In this document: positions 25,267 through 37,831 of the stretch, in pieces | Numbering within the stretch: the stretch's first letter is position 1 | Layout of the letters: every line of letters starts with the position of its first letter | NCBI RefSeq assembly: GCF_006345805.1 | Contig: NC_043008.1 | Coordinates: forward strand, 51,832,001 to 51,896,000 | DNA from: Octopus sinensis | Lineage: Eukaryota | DNA length: 64,000 nucleotides | Direction of reading: 5' to 3' | The notes under the pieces: generated by a model | Seen by the model: only the letters and a program-made list of their open reading frames with translations | What the model was told of the DNA's origin: nothing | The model's database searches: none | Translations under genes and position numbers: made by a program

Positions 25267-26521
25267 CAGGGATTGGACAAAATAATGGAAACACCTTAAA
25301 ATTTCAAACAAATTCATTTTAATATAGAGTAGGACTGCCTTTGGCAGTAATTACAGCTTGAATTTTATGCAGTATGAACTCATACTAAGTTTGAATTGTT
25401 TCCAAAGGAATTTTTGTTCATTCTTCAGCTAAGACAGTCTCTAGTTCTTGTAGTGATGATGGTGGAGGATATCAATTCCTTACTTGTTTTTTCTAAAATG
25501 CACCATAAATGTTCAATGATATTGAGATCTTTGGTCTGTGGTGGCCAGATAAGATGTTCAACTTCACTGGAATGTTCCTCGTGCCATTCAGTAACAACTT
25601 TAGCTGTGTGAATTGGTGCATTATCATCCTGAGAGATTCCGTTCCCCTCCGGAAGCAGTTCAGCAACCATAGGATGAATTTAATCTGATAAAATGCTTAA
25701 ATAGTCTTGACTATTAATTCTGCCATGACGGGAAATTACTGGGCCGACGGATTTCCAAGATATAACCCCCACCCTCAAATCATCACAGATTCTCCTCCAT
25801 GTTTAACAGTTGGAAGAAGTAGTCTGGGTCAAACACTTCTTTTGGTTGTCTCCACATGTATACTTGGCCAGTGGTCAAAAATAAGGTAAAGGATGACTTG
25901 TCCAAGAAAATAACATTCTTCCACTATTCTAGGGACCATTTCTGTGGGTTTTCACTCTACTCTAAACACTTTGCAATGTATATTTTTGAAAGTAGTGGTT
26001 TTCTGATTGCAGCCCTCCCATGAAATCCGGCTATGTGCAGCTCCTGGCGAGCAGTTTTTGTAGAAACTGGGTTCTCAAGGTGGTCATTAAGCTCTGCAGT
26101 AATTTTGGGAGCTGTACTTTTGTGATCCTTTGTAACAATTTGCGTAAGAGTTCGATGGTCCCTATCTGAAAGTTTTTATTTCCTTCTGGAGATTTGTTTC
26201 AATAAGGAGGTTTTTCTCTCTTTCTCAAAGGCTGTCATTACTTTCGAGACAGTACTTCTTGATTCACCAAACATTTCAGCTGTTTTCATTATGCTAGCAC
26301 CTGCCATATGAGTACCTCTTTGAAAGTCTGATAGATCTGTAATTTTAATGAATTTTTATTACCTTTTTCTGTTGATATCTGAAATGAAACAGTATTTTAG
26401 CAAAACATATTAAGCAACACTAATAATAAATCAAAAAACCAAAATAAACAAGCTTTTGATGGTTTTATAGATATTTCAAAATTATCATGCTAGGTGTTTC
26501 CATTATACTGTCTAACCCCTG
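25267..26521 (-). mobile_element. Full-length Tc1-family transposon (DD36E spacing), pseudogenised, 1255 bp
   Basis: TIRs CAGGGATTGGACAAAATAATGGAAACACCT and CAGGGGTTAGACAGTATAATGGAAACACCT; TA on both sides; QDDNAPIH..WPPQTKDLNIIEHLW. Confidence 0.9.
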
Positions 26522-27062
26522 TATGTATAAATACACACACACATGCGTGCACAGGCATATATATATATATACATACATACATACATACACACTCAATTGA
26601 TTTCAGAAATGCATATATATGATAATATAATAATTGGTAAAAATAGTTATGAAGTTTGTAATTAGAGGCTGCAAATTTCTGCAGGGAAGTCTCTTCTCTT
26701 CGGTGAAACCAATGTTCTTGATAGATGAGAGAGTACTATCTTCGGTCTTTGACAGACTATTGATCCATGGTAGACTGCAGGTGACTTGATTATTTATTGA
26801 TCAGGAAAAGATCTCCAAGTTAAATGATGCATATCTCTCTCTTTCTCTCTCTTGCATGAAGCCATTTTTCTAGGTGACAGAGTTTTGATTTCAGTTAATT
26901 CAACTGAACAGTTTCAACCTGCAACAGACATATGATTATTTCATCAATGATGATGATGAGGATGATGATTGTGTGTATGTGCATGTTTGTAACTCTCACT
27001 TGCTCTCTCTCTCTTGCTCTCTCCCTCTCTCTCTCTCTCTATAATATATATATATATATATA

Positions 27063-27470
27063 TATTCCGTTCGCGTCCGTTGCCAGCCTCGGCTGGCCCC
27101 CGTGCCAGTGACACGTAAAAGCACCATCCGTTCGTGGCCGTTTGCCAGCTCTGTCTGGCCCCGTGTCGGTGGCACGTAAAAGCACCATCCGTTCATGTCT
27201 GTTGCCAGCATTGCCTGGCCCCGTGCCGGTGACACGTAAAAGCACCATCCGTTCGTGGCCGTTCGCCAGCTCTGTCTGGCACCTGTGCAGGTGGCACGTA
27301 AAAAACACCCACTACACTTGCGGAGTGGTTGGCGTTAGGAAGGGCATCCAGCCGTAGAAACACTGCCAGATCTGACTGGGCCTGACAAAGCCTTCCAGCT
27401 TCACAGACCCCAGTTGACCCGTCCAACCCATGCTAGCATGGAAAGCGGACGCTAAATGATGATGATGATG
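27063..27470 (+). mobile_element. RTE 3' UTR fragment with four ~61-bp tandem units and a (GAT)n tail
   Basis: Units start at 27080, 27142, 27202 and 27263. Confidence 0.8.
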
Positions 27471-27603
27471 ATATATATACAGTAGTCTACTGGTTTTTGT
27501 GGGGGTTATGTTCCTAGAGCACCCATGAACAGTGAAAAACTGCAAATATTGAATGTGGTCCATAAAAATGCCTATAAATGTCAAAATTCAAAGTAAAATA
27601 TTA

Positions 27604-27655
<52 letters not shown>

Positions 27656-27671
27656 CACACATACATATATA

Positions 27672-28172
27672 TGCTAGCAGTATAGCCCGGCTTTGCTCGG
27701 GATTAAGTTAGGATTATTAAGCTAATCAAGCTCTTGATTTCAAAGCAAACTAAGTAACATTGATGTCAAATCTGAGTGAAATCTGTTGAAATTGGTAAAC
27801 TTTTGGCTGAAATTTTGCAGATAATTTGATTGAGAAATCCCATAAGGAATTGGTTTATCGAATTTTCCACTTTTCGATTGTTTTGTTTTGTTTTGTTTTT
27901 TTCGTTTTTGGAGAACTTAAAGCATTCAAAGATCCCATGAGTCCTAAGTAATGCTGGCATCAAGTTTGAACAAAATACATCAAAATTAGTAGACATTATG
28001 GTTGAAAATGGGGTGTAACCAATTTTAGTGTGAAGTCCTATAAGGAATCGGTTTATCGATTTTTTAAATCCTGATTAAATGGAAAACCCCATAAGATCAA
28101 CCAAAAATTTTAAGCAACAATATGCTACTCACCTCCATTCTTTTAGATATGATAAACATAGTTAATCTACAA
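27672..28172 (+). mobile_element. Helitron-like non-autonomous element
   Basis: 5' end CTAGCAGTATAGCCCGGCTTTGCTCGGG; internal CATAAGGAAT(T/C)GGTTTATCG repeats; 3' ATTCTTTTAGATATGAT. Confidence 0.45.
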
Positions 28173-28296
28173 CACTCGCCAACCACATACATCATCTCAA
28201 AAATATAAATATACCCTATACTCTATTATGGTCCATACTGGATTCAGGCTTCCCGACTGAGTTTAACGCTCAACATATACATATATATACATATAT

Positions 28297-28510
28297 AGTG
28301 CACAGGGGAACTACAACTCATCAAATGTGCATGTACAGTACATAGAATTATGTACAAAAGTCAGGAAAGTGAAAAGTGTATGAGTCATGATATACATGTG
28401 TGCATGCATATGGAGGCAGGATATCAGGTGTAGTGTTGGCGAATTTCAGGAAGCATGGAGGTTTTAAAGGATGCAATGTGTTGGGCAACTAACAACTGAT
28501 GCACGGAATT
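28297..28510 (-). mobile_element. CR1-like LINE 3' fragment
   Basis: Closely similar to 30020-30200. Confidence 0.65.
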
Positions 28511-29271
28511 TCGTCTTTTCTGAACCATATACCCTGGAGTGACTATATATATATCTAATGGAACTGTGTGTCAGAAAAAAATATATAAGTTGAAACAATT
28601 TGTTGGCCTTTTATGGTTTTTATAATTATTTATATATTATGTTATGTTATATATAATATTCATAGTATTTAATGTAATATTGTAATACAAATAAATTATT
28701 TGATTGTCAATAGAATATCTCTATATTTAATTTTTCTTTACAATTGAATTATACCAATATTTACATGGTATCCAACTGAAGTACCAGTTGAATTGATGTT
28801 TAACACCCCTTTGAAGGATTTCTTTTCTTCAGTTTGTTACATATATATATATATATATATATAGGGAGAGAGAGAGATGTATATATGTATATATATATAT
28901 ATATAATATATATATATATAATATATATATATATAGGGAGAGAGAGAGAGAGATGTATATATGTATGTATATATATATATATATAATATATATATATTAT
29001 ATATATATCGCTTTTATCCTTCGAAACGTAGAGTAGATGAAACCTTAGCGACTGAAGAAGGGGTTTTTTCGTTGTGTTAATTGTCCTGTACTCCATTTTT
29101 TGTTGTTTTTAAAAAAAATGTCCTGTTCCTTTGGTTTGTGTCTATGTTTTTGTTTCTCTTTGTGTTCGACGTCCCTTTGGTGTCCTGTACTCATATATGC
29201 GTGTATATGTACATGTAGAGGTAGGTACGTACATATATGTTTATATATATGCATATGTTTTATTTCATTTA

Positions 29272-29314
<43 letters not shown>

Positions 29315-30004
29315 GTATGTATGTATGTATGTATATATTTATGTCATCAGTCATACTAATCTAACTGGCTCAATTTAATCTTCAATGTAATTCATACTAC
29401 TGTATTTTAAAACTTATTGATTAATTATATATATGTATCTGTGTGTGTGTGTGTGTGTGTATAAATATATATACATATATATATATTTATGTATATGTGT
29501 ATATATTATGTATATGTATGTATGTATGCATTAAGTATGTTCTATAGCACTTGCTGAACTGTTTGTAACCTTAGAAACACACTTCTATCATGTTATCTTT
29601 GGTTATTATATTCAGTTGAAGGTGAAAAGATGTACCCATTACCATTATAGACCTGCTCAAATTGGTGGGGTTGGTGTCTGTGAGGATTAGTTTGAAAGTC
29701 TCTAGATTCAAGCCTTGAAGATAAATATGGGAGAGGAGAGAATTCTTGTGCATGGCATTGGGTTGAATGTGGAGTGTAGAATTTAGTAGTTTGAGGCACA
29801 GTAGAGATGATCAGAAGAAAGTGTGGTACAGGAGTGTAAGATGGTATGTAGCCTGCTGGATGGGAGAAGAAAGAAGTAGTGTATCTATGCAATAACATCT
29901 GAAGTGTATTTTTTGTGTTTATACATACATGCATATATGCATGCATACATTCACACACACATATGATGATGGTAGTGGTGATGATGATGATGATGATGAT
30001 GAAA

Positions 30005-30545
30005 TTATTGTATGTAATGCACAGGTGAACTACAGCTCATGAAAGTTGCATGTAGAGTACATAGAATTATGTACAAAAGTCAAGAAAGTGAACAGTGTAT
30101 GAGTCATGATATACACGTGTGCATGCATATGGAGTGTTGGCGAATTTCAGGAAGCATGGAAGTTTTAAAGGATGCAATGTCTCAGCAACTAACAACTGGT
30201 GCAGGTAGTCTGTTCCATGCTTCAGCAACTCTGAGTGTGAAAAAATGTTTCTGAAAGTCATGGAAGCTGTGCTGTTTTCTGACTTTGTAGGCATGCCTAC
30301 ATGTGTTAGACACATGGAGCCCAAAAAGGTGCTCAATGTGGTTGTTGGCACAATGGTTAATAATTTTATGGGTGTTTACCAAGTCAGTTGCCAGATGTCA
30401 GAGCTTCAATGTATCTATGACCAGGAAAGCAAGGCATTCAGACTATGGTAGATGCCTGATGGAGGGTATTTACTTGGTTGCATGTCTCTGAACAGTTTCC
30501 AGGATAGGGGTTCCAGACTGGTGATGCAAACTCCAATTGTGGCTG
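30005..30545 (-). mobile_element. CR1-like LINE 3' fragment
   Basis: HFFTLRVAEAWNRLPAPVVSC C-terminal motif; (CAT)n tail at 29965-30001. Confidence 0.75.
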
Positions 30546-30561
30546 CATATATATATATATA

Positions 30562-31738
30562 TATGAAATGTTGCATTTTTAATTACTTCTTATTTCAGTC
30601 ATTTAAAAACTCAATTATGTATACCTTGCATTTAGTCTTAACTCTTTTTCTTACCCAACAATATTAGTATACAAAATTCATACCCACAGACCTTATGAAA
30701 ATGATAACAATCAAACTATGTTGAGTGATTTTCTTGTATGAGTACAAACTGGGTCACTCTGCCGCAGACACTCTACAGAATATCGAGCAGGCCTTTGGTA
30801 ATGGTTTTGTTGACATCAGAACTGTTCAAAGATGGTTTCAAAGCTCTCGTTCAGGAAACAATAGCTTTGAAAATAAAACCATGGGGCAGGTTAAAATCAG
30901 TTATTTGGCATGATGCATTAAATGCTTTGGTTGAATAAAATCCAAGAACAAAGGTTCAAAAACTTTCATCAGAACTCCAAACATCTCACACAATAGTCTT
31001 TGGACACCTGTAAAAAATTGGAAAAGTCAGGAAAACAGATAGGTTTGTTCCACATCAACTGAACGATATTCATTAAAAACAGATGCCTCAAAGTGTGCTC
31101 CTTATAGCTTTCTTGACTGGAAAAGACCATTTTTGCATCAAATCATTACTTGTGATGAGAGATGGATACTCTTTGACTACAGCAGGAGAACAGGACAGTG
31201 ATTAGATGCAGGAGAGTCACCTAAATACTACCCAAACCCACCATTGCACCCTAAAAAGTTAGTGGTCAGCAAAAGGAGTTGTGCATTATTCATTTTTGTA
31301 ACAAGGAAAAACAGTAACAGCAACATCGTATTGCCAGGAAATTAATTGTATGCATAAGAATTTGAAAAAGAAGCAACCCAGACTAGTGAACAGAGATGGC
31401 CCAATTTTGCTCCATGACAATGCACATCCACACACTCCTCAAGCTCCAAAAGTTGCAAATCCTGAATTATGAGATTTTGCAACACCCTCCCTATTCCCTT
31501 GATAGCTTTCCTACTGATCATCATTTATTTAAGCATTTTGAGTTTTTCATTAGCAATAAAACGTTCTTAATAGGTAATTGGACAGTTTATCAAAGCAAAA
31601 GATGAATTTTTTTAAAGATAGAATATATGACATAGAGAAACGCTGGGTAAGCATCATAAATGAACATGGATCATACCTTGGTTAAATAAATCAGTTCTCT
31701 ACCTTTCAAATACGACATTTCATGTGAAACAACCTAAT
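30562..31738 (+). mobile_element. Mariner (Mos1/Hsmar1-like) transposon, pseudogenised
   Basis: FLYEYKLGHSAA..RTVQRWFQ; FVPHQL; IITCDERW; HPKK; LLHDNAHPH; HPPYSLDSFPTDHHLF; right TIR ..CATTTCATGTGAAACAACCTAA; outer part of the left TIR lost in (TA)n. Confidence 0.9.
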
Positions 31739-31847
31739 TTGTGTGTGTGTGTGTGTAAGGAAGTTTTCAAAAATGTTTGGTTGATGTGAGTTAATGTACT
31801 TTCAATTGGTTTAATAACCTATTCCTTGTACATTGTTCCACTTGACA

Positions 31848-32240
31848 TCATCATCATCGTTTAATGTCTGCTTTCCATGCTGGCATGGGCTGGACGGTTT
31901 GACTGACGACTGGCGAGGCAGATGGCTACACTAGGCCCCAATCTGATCTGGTAGTGTTTCTACAGCTGGATGCCCTTCCTAACCCAACCACTCCGAGAGT
32001 GTAGTGGGTGCTTTTTACATGCCACCGGCACAGAAGCCAGTGAAGGCGGAACTGGTATCAGCTATGATGGTGCTTTTTACATGCTACCGGCACGGGGCTC
32101 ATAACTGCAATTTCCATTTGATTTGATTTTGATATCGCTGATGTTGATGTACTTGACTCAATAGGTCTCCTCAAGCATGGCATGTCACCCTATGATCCAA
32201 GGTACTTTTGAGTGGGCTAGTTATGCGACACTGGTGTAGG

Positions 32241-32242
<2 letters not shown>
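31848..32242 (-). mobile_element. RTE 3' UTR, inverted relative to 32878-33337
   Basis: Reverse complement matches ..CCTACACCAGTGTC(G/A)CATAAC..GCCATGCTTGAGGA.. and the downstream tail. Confidence 0.8.
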
Positions 32243-32280
<38 letters not shown>

Positions 32281-32283
<3 letters not shown>

Positions 32284-33336
32284 GGAGAAACTAGAAGTAG
32301 TTAATAGTTCCCGCTACCTAGGTGACCAAGTTAATAGTGGAGGTGGATGCTCAGAGAGTGTTATCACTAGAATAAGAATAGCCTAGGCAAAGTTTAGAAA
32401 GCTTCTAACACTATTGGTGACAAAGGGTCTCTCGCTCAGAGTGAAAGGTAGATTGTATGACGCATGTGTGCAAACTGGCATGCTTCACGGCAGTGAAACA
32501 TGGGCTGTGACTGCAGAGGACATGCGTAGGCTTGAAAGAAATGAAGCTAGCATGATCTACTAGATGCGTAATGTCAGTGTGCACACATGAAAGAGTGTAA
32601 ATGCCCTGAGAGAAATGCTGGACATAAGAAGCATTGGATGTGGTGTACATGAGAGACATTTGCGTTGGTATGGTCATGTACTACGGATGGATGAGGAGAG
32701 CTGTGTGAAGAAGTGCCACTCCCAAACAGTGGAAGGAACCTGTGGTAGAGGGAAACCCAGGAAGACATGGGATAAGGTAGTGAAGTTGAGCCTCGCAGAG
32801 GCAATGATGAAAGACCAAGACCTCTGGAAATATGCTGTAACTGAGAAGACCTAGCAAATAAAGTGAAATCACAGCTGTAGCCTACACCAGTGTCACATAA
32901 CCAGCCTACTCAAAAAAGTACCTTTGGATTGTAGGGCAACATGCCATGCTTGAGGAAATTGTAGGTGTGGCTGATACCAGCACCATCCAAACATGGTCGA
33001 TGCCAGTCCCCTCGCCCCAACAGGCCCCTGTGCTGGTGACATGTAAAATGCACCATCCGGACATGGCCAATGCCAGTGCCGCCTTGACTGGTTCCCGTGC
33101 TGGTGGCACATAAAAAGCACCATCCGAATGTGGTCGATGCCTGCCCCTACTGGGCCCCTGTGCCGATGGCACGTAAAAAGCACCCACTACACTCTCAGAG
33201 TGGTTAGCATTAGGAAGTGCATCTAGCTGTAGAAACACTGCCAGATCAGATTGGAGCCTGGTGCTGCTTTCTGGCTTCCCAGACCCCAGTTGAACTGTCC
33301 AACTTGGAAAATGGATGTTAAACCATGATGATGATG

Positions 33337-33337
<1 letters not shown>
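32281..33337 (+). mobile_element. RTE LINE 3' end (ORF C-terminus, 3' UTR, (GAT)n)
   Basis: GEKLEVVNSSRYLGDQ..LHGSETW..HLRWYGHVLRMDE..GRGKPRKTW. Confidence 0.9.
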
Positions 33338-33371
<34 letters not shown>

Positions 33372-33884
33372 CGTGTGTATAAATATATCGATCGTCAGTA
33401 AATCATAAATCCGAAAGAGATGTACACTCTAAGTTATAGAGCAGTAGAGTATTTAGATAAAGACAGTTATGGCCAATCTGTGGGGTTACCCAGGGTTTTG
33501 CATCCATAAAGCTCTTAGCTTGATAATGTCTCTTCAGACCCTAATGACCAGTAGCCTATTACTTCTCTTCAAATTGGAGGAAGAAAAGATTTCATGGCTA
33601 GTTGTTCAACACACAGACAAAGAAGGGCCAAGTGCAAAGGACTGTCTCCCTTAAACCAGTGTAAGCAGGGTCTGAAAACTTCCTTCCTGGAAGCTTAAGA
33701 TGTTTCCCAAGTCAAGGAAGTTCTTGAATATTGTCATCCATTTAGCTATGCACAGCTTTCTATGCTTGCTCTTGTTAATGTAGGGGCCTGGTTTTTCTTG
33801 GATCTTTCATGAGATTATGTGTGGATTCCCTTCGTCCTTCAAGCACTAAAAGTAGCTGGCCAAGGATGAGGTATATCATCTCAC

Positions 33885-34110
33885 CAGGATCCTAAACATA
33901 GATCTGTGGAGATGCACTGCTTGAAAGTGTTTCTGGAACATTCGATGTATCTTTGAGTGCTGCTGCTGGTGATATACTGGTGATGCCACTTCTGCTGATG
34001 TTGACACTACTACTTCTGCTGTTGTGTTGGTGCTGGTGTTGTTGGTGTCGGTGTTGACTTCATTAATGCTGGCATAAGAGATGTCATCGGTGATGAAGTT
34101 GGTGTTGGTG
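33885..34110 (-). other. Exon-like S/T/P-rich segment
   Basis: Pyrimidine tract then CAG acceptor at 34111; CTG|GTGAGA donor at 33884; strong NCA codon periodicity. Confidence 0.35.
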
Positions 34111-34559
34111 CTGTTGATAGATAGACAGACAGACAGATCCACAGACAGACTGACAGACAGCTAGAAAAAGAAAGCAAGGGAGAGAGTGAGAGAGAGCAGA
34201 GAGGCAGAGAGAAGAAGATACACAAACAGACAATAAATGAGATAAGGTTGAAATAGAAGGAAAAGGAAATATATAGACAGACAGGGAGGTAAACCCAAGA
34301 CAGAGAGTATTGCGTCTATATGCTGATATTGAGTATGTGTATTATGTGTGTGTCTACTAGAGGCAGCTGTTTCTAAATATCTCTCTTTAATTTCCTGTTT
34401 CTGAGGTCGAAAGAGAAAAGAGAGTGGAGCAAGTCAAAGAAAGAGAAAGAAATAACCTTGTTTCTTGTATAGTTTTTTAACCATTGTGCTCAGATTTAAA
34501 ATTTTAGTTCCAGATAATGGAACACAGTGAATTTCATTTTGTAGAAGAGATGGAAAAAA

Positions 34560-34935
34560 TAAGTTTTATTTTCTACATCAAGACCAAATTTTCTTTAAAA
34601 TTTCAAATCTGAAAATTCTTTCTAAATTTCACTTGAAAATAATCATTTGGAAAATTTATTCTAAAAAAATTTTTTAAACCTATTTGCAAAAATTGTTATT
34701 AAAATTTATTCTGAAATTTATTCCCATGAATTCATAAATTTGGACAATATTTATTTTCTGAAATTAATTCTAAAATTTTTAGATTCATTCTAAGATTGAT
34801 TGCAAAACTCATTTTGAAATTATAAATTTCTTACCATAACCTGGAAAATTGAATTAATTAATTAATTAATTAATTCTAAAATTAATTCCAGAATTCATTT
34901 TTGAATTGAGAAATATACAGAATTGTTCTAAAATT
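34560..34935. repeat. Degenerate AT-rich minisatellite (AAATTTATTCT-like)
   Basis: Recurrent AAATT(T/A)ATTC(T/C) motifs. Confidence 0.5.
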
Positions 34936-34975
34936 TAGGTAAAGAGGTTATGTGTTAAAATGTAAGACTTCCTTA

Positions 34976-35197
34976 ATCCTTTTGATATTGAACCATGTGA
35001 GACCACCTTTGGTTCCATGATACAAAATTCTGTTTCAAGGTGACCTAGATTTAAAATCTTTCATCAATATTTTATGTTAAATTATGCTCCAAACACTAAC
35101 TTAATACAAAATTATTTTACTAAATTTTAAAATTATTTTCTAAATTAATTAAAACAAGTGCAGTGCGTTTCCATAAAAATATAACAAAAGCATTAAT
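34976..35197 (+). mobile_element. piggyBac-like MITE
   Basis: TTAATCCTTTTGATA...TAACAAAAGCATTAA; similar to 20780-21400. Confidence 0.55.
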
Positions 35198-35559
35198 GGA
35201 GCCGTTATGTTATACTCCAGAACAAATTCCATGATTTTGTTTGTTTCACTCTGCTTAACTGACTGACAAACAGATGGTCTCCAGTCATCACCATCATTTA
35301 GTATCCATGTTCCATGCTGGCATGGGTTGGTTTGTTTGATAGGATACAATGGATCCAAAGACTGCATCATACTCTAGTGTCTGCTTTGGTTTTGTTTTTA
35401 TGGCTTGATACCTTTCCTGATGTTAAGATGCACTTCCTAACACCAACAATATGCATATTTTCAAATTTGTGAAAAAAGGCTAAAACTTCAAATGATAATA
35501 AAACAAACTGAAATTCTTCAAGGTAAGTTGCTTGACCTTTATGTATAGTTCTTGAGATA

Positions 35560-35898
35560 ATGAAAGCTTCAAGAGACCTTGGAATTGTATAAAGGGTAAA
35601 GACCTCTTTCAGTCATGAATGACCATGGGGTTGCACCTAGAAAGTTACCCTCCAAGGCACAGGTCCAGGCAATGTTTTCCTCCTCTCTCCATGCTACCAA
35701 TGTTATCCAAGAGAAAGGCAAAGGCTGATACAGCTTGGCGTCAGTGACGTCACAACTTATTTCTACAGTGGAGTGAACTGGAGCAATGTGAAATAAAGTG
35801 TCTTGCTCAGGAACACAACACACAGCCAGGTCCAGGAAGTGAACTCACTACCTCATGATTGTGAATCTGACACTACAACCACTGAACCATGCACCTAG
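35560..35898 (-). mobile_element. tRNA-headed SINE
   Basis: Reverse complement AGGTGCATGGTTCAGTGGTT..GTGTTCCTGAGCAAGACACTTTATTTCACATTGCTCCAG. Confidence 0.7.
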
Positions 35899-35929
35899 TT
35901 AATGTATCACTTGCTTAGTTGATTTAATT

Positions 35930-37220
35930 ATGTTGTAAGGAGATTGCAAGAGGAATACTTAGATAAGGAGAAGGAGTTGTACATGTGCTCCATTGATCTG
36001 GAGAAGGCATTTGATAGGGTTCCAAGGAAGGTGACTGAGTAGACATTGAGGAAGAGAGGTGTAGGGGGGTAAAGACAAGAGTTAGAATTGGATCAGATTT
36101 TTTGTCAGGAGTTTGCAGTGAAAGTTGGTGTGCATCAGGGATCTGTGTTGTTGCCATTGTTGTTTGCAATAGTGGTTGATGTGGTAATGGAGAGTGCAAG
36201 AGAGGGATTGATAATGGAGATAGTGTATGCAGATGGTCTTGTTCTGATGAGTAAGACGATGGAGGGATTGAGGGAGAAATTTTTTGGAAATGGAAAGCAA
36301 AGGTTTGAAGGTAAACCTTGGGAAGACAAAGGTGATGGTGAGTGGGCTGGAAAGAAAAGTGTGAGTGAATAAGGTGGATCCATATGGTGTATGTGGGAGG
36401 AGGGTAATGGCAAATGTAGTGTTGTGCATGAGATGTGAGAAATTGATTCATGGTAGATGCATGAAAATGAAGAAGGTGACCCTTAGACTGGCGAGAGAGT
36501 TTGTTTGTGGAAGATGTGGAACAGGAGCTGGAGGGCTGGTGGAACCAGTGGAAATGCTATGTGATGAGGTAGAAACGATGAGAGGGTTTTGTTATTTGAG
36601 AGATCGTATGGATGTAAGTGGTGGATGTGAAGCAGCTGTGACAGCAAGAGCAAGACTTGGCTGGGTAAAATTCAGGGAATGTGGAGTGTTGTTATATGGG
36701 AAAAGGTTCTCATTAAAGATTAAAGGAAGGTCCATAAGAGTTGTGTGAGAGCTGCAAGCTGTATGGGTGTGAGACATGGTGTCTGAGGGAGAGAGAAATG
36801 GTAATTCTGAGAAGGACTTCGAGAGCAATGGTGAGAGAAATGTGTGGGGTGAAGCTGTTTGATAGTAGGAGGACTGAGGATTTGATGGGAATACTGGAGT
36901 TTGAGAAAGCAGTGGAATGGTTGATAAGGGCGAATGAAATGAGGTGGTTTGGGTATGTGTTGAGGAGGGATGAAGAGCATGTTCTGAGGAGGGTGATTGC
37001 ATTTGAGGTAAATGGAACATAAAAGCGAGGTAGACCAAGGAAAAGGTGGAGAGGGGGAGGAGGAGATTGGGAGGATTGGTTGAAAAAGGGGGACACCCAA
37101 AATCAGGCAAGATGGCAAGATAGTATAAGAGTGGTTGCTATGGTACTGAGGTAGATCCAGCCACCCCCATTAACAGGGACAAAACTCGGATTTAAAACAC
37201 TAGATGATGATGATGATGAT
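35930..37220 (+). mobile_element. RTE LINE fragment (second subfamily) with internal deletion
   Basis: IDLEKAFDRV; VKVGVHQGSVLLPLLF; YADGLVL; CGVCG..CMRCEKLIHGRC; LYGCETW; MRWFGYV; (GAT)n tail. Confidence 0.85.
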
Positions 37221-37329
37221 AAAAGCATTATTTCCAGTTTCCAAAATCACTGTTGCACCCTCAGGGTGCCAAAGCAGAGAAATTCCAGGTGTCTTTAGTT
37301 AATTCTTCCTAACATAGGTGCAAAGTTTG

Positions 37330-37773
37330 AAAATTTGCAGGGCAGGAGTTAGTTTATTAAATCAACTCCAATACTTGACTGGTACTCTGTTTCATTGACC
37401 CCCACCCATATTAAAGGGATAAAAGGTGAAGTTGACTCTAGCAGGATTTGAACTCAGAATGCAAGGACCTGTAACTAAATATCATAAAACATTTTGTTTG
37501 ATGTTGTAATGACCCTACCAATCCATTGCTTTAATTGTTTCTAACAACAATTATAATAATGATCTCAAATTTTGGGCCAAGACCAGCAACTTCAGAAGAA
37601 GAGGTAAGACAATTACATCAACTCCAGTGCTCAACTGGTTCTTATTATATCGACCCTGAAAGGATGAAAGTCAAAGTCAATCTCAGCAGAATTTGAACTA
37701 AAGACAAACAAAATGCTGCGAATCATTTCACCTAGCATGCTAACAATTCTGCCAGCTCATCATCTTAATAATG

Positions 37774-37831
<58 letters not shown>

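Noticed and set aside
26685-26780. 96-nt open phase 0-0 exon candidate (CAG|GGAAGT..CAG|GTGACT)
   Set aside because: Weak pyrimidine tract, unrecognised peptide and no partner exons; expected by chance.
27080-27310. CRISPR-like array
   Set aside because: Contiguous tandem units without unique spacers, inside a eukaryotic LINE UTR; no cas genes.
29005-29070. Hammerhead or Penelope-LTR-like motifs CCTTCGAAACG and CTGAAGAAGG
   Set aside because: Order implies a type II arrangement, but stems I and III cannot form; at most a decayed Penelope terminal repeat.
33480-33860. Possible very old RT fragment (KGDSPLHLALLCLCVEQLA)
   Set aside because: Only one weak motif match.
35800-35898. tRNA genes at GTTCAAAT/GTTCAGT B-box motifs
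   Set aside because: All continue into SINE bodies and lack a complete cloverleaf.
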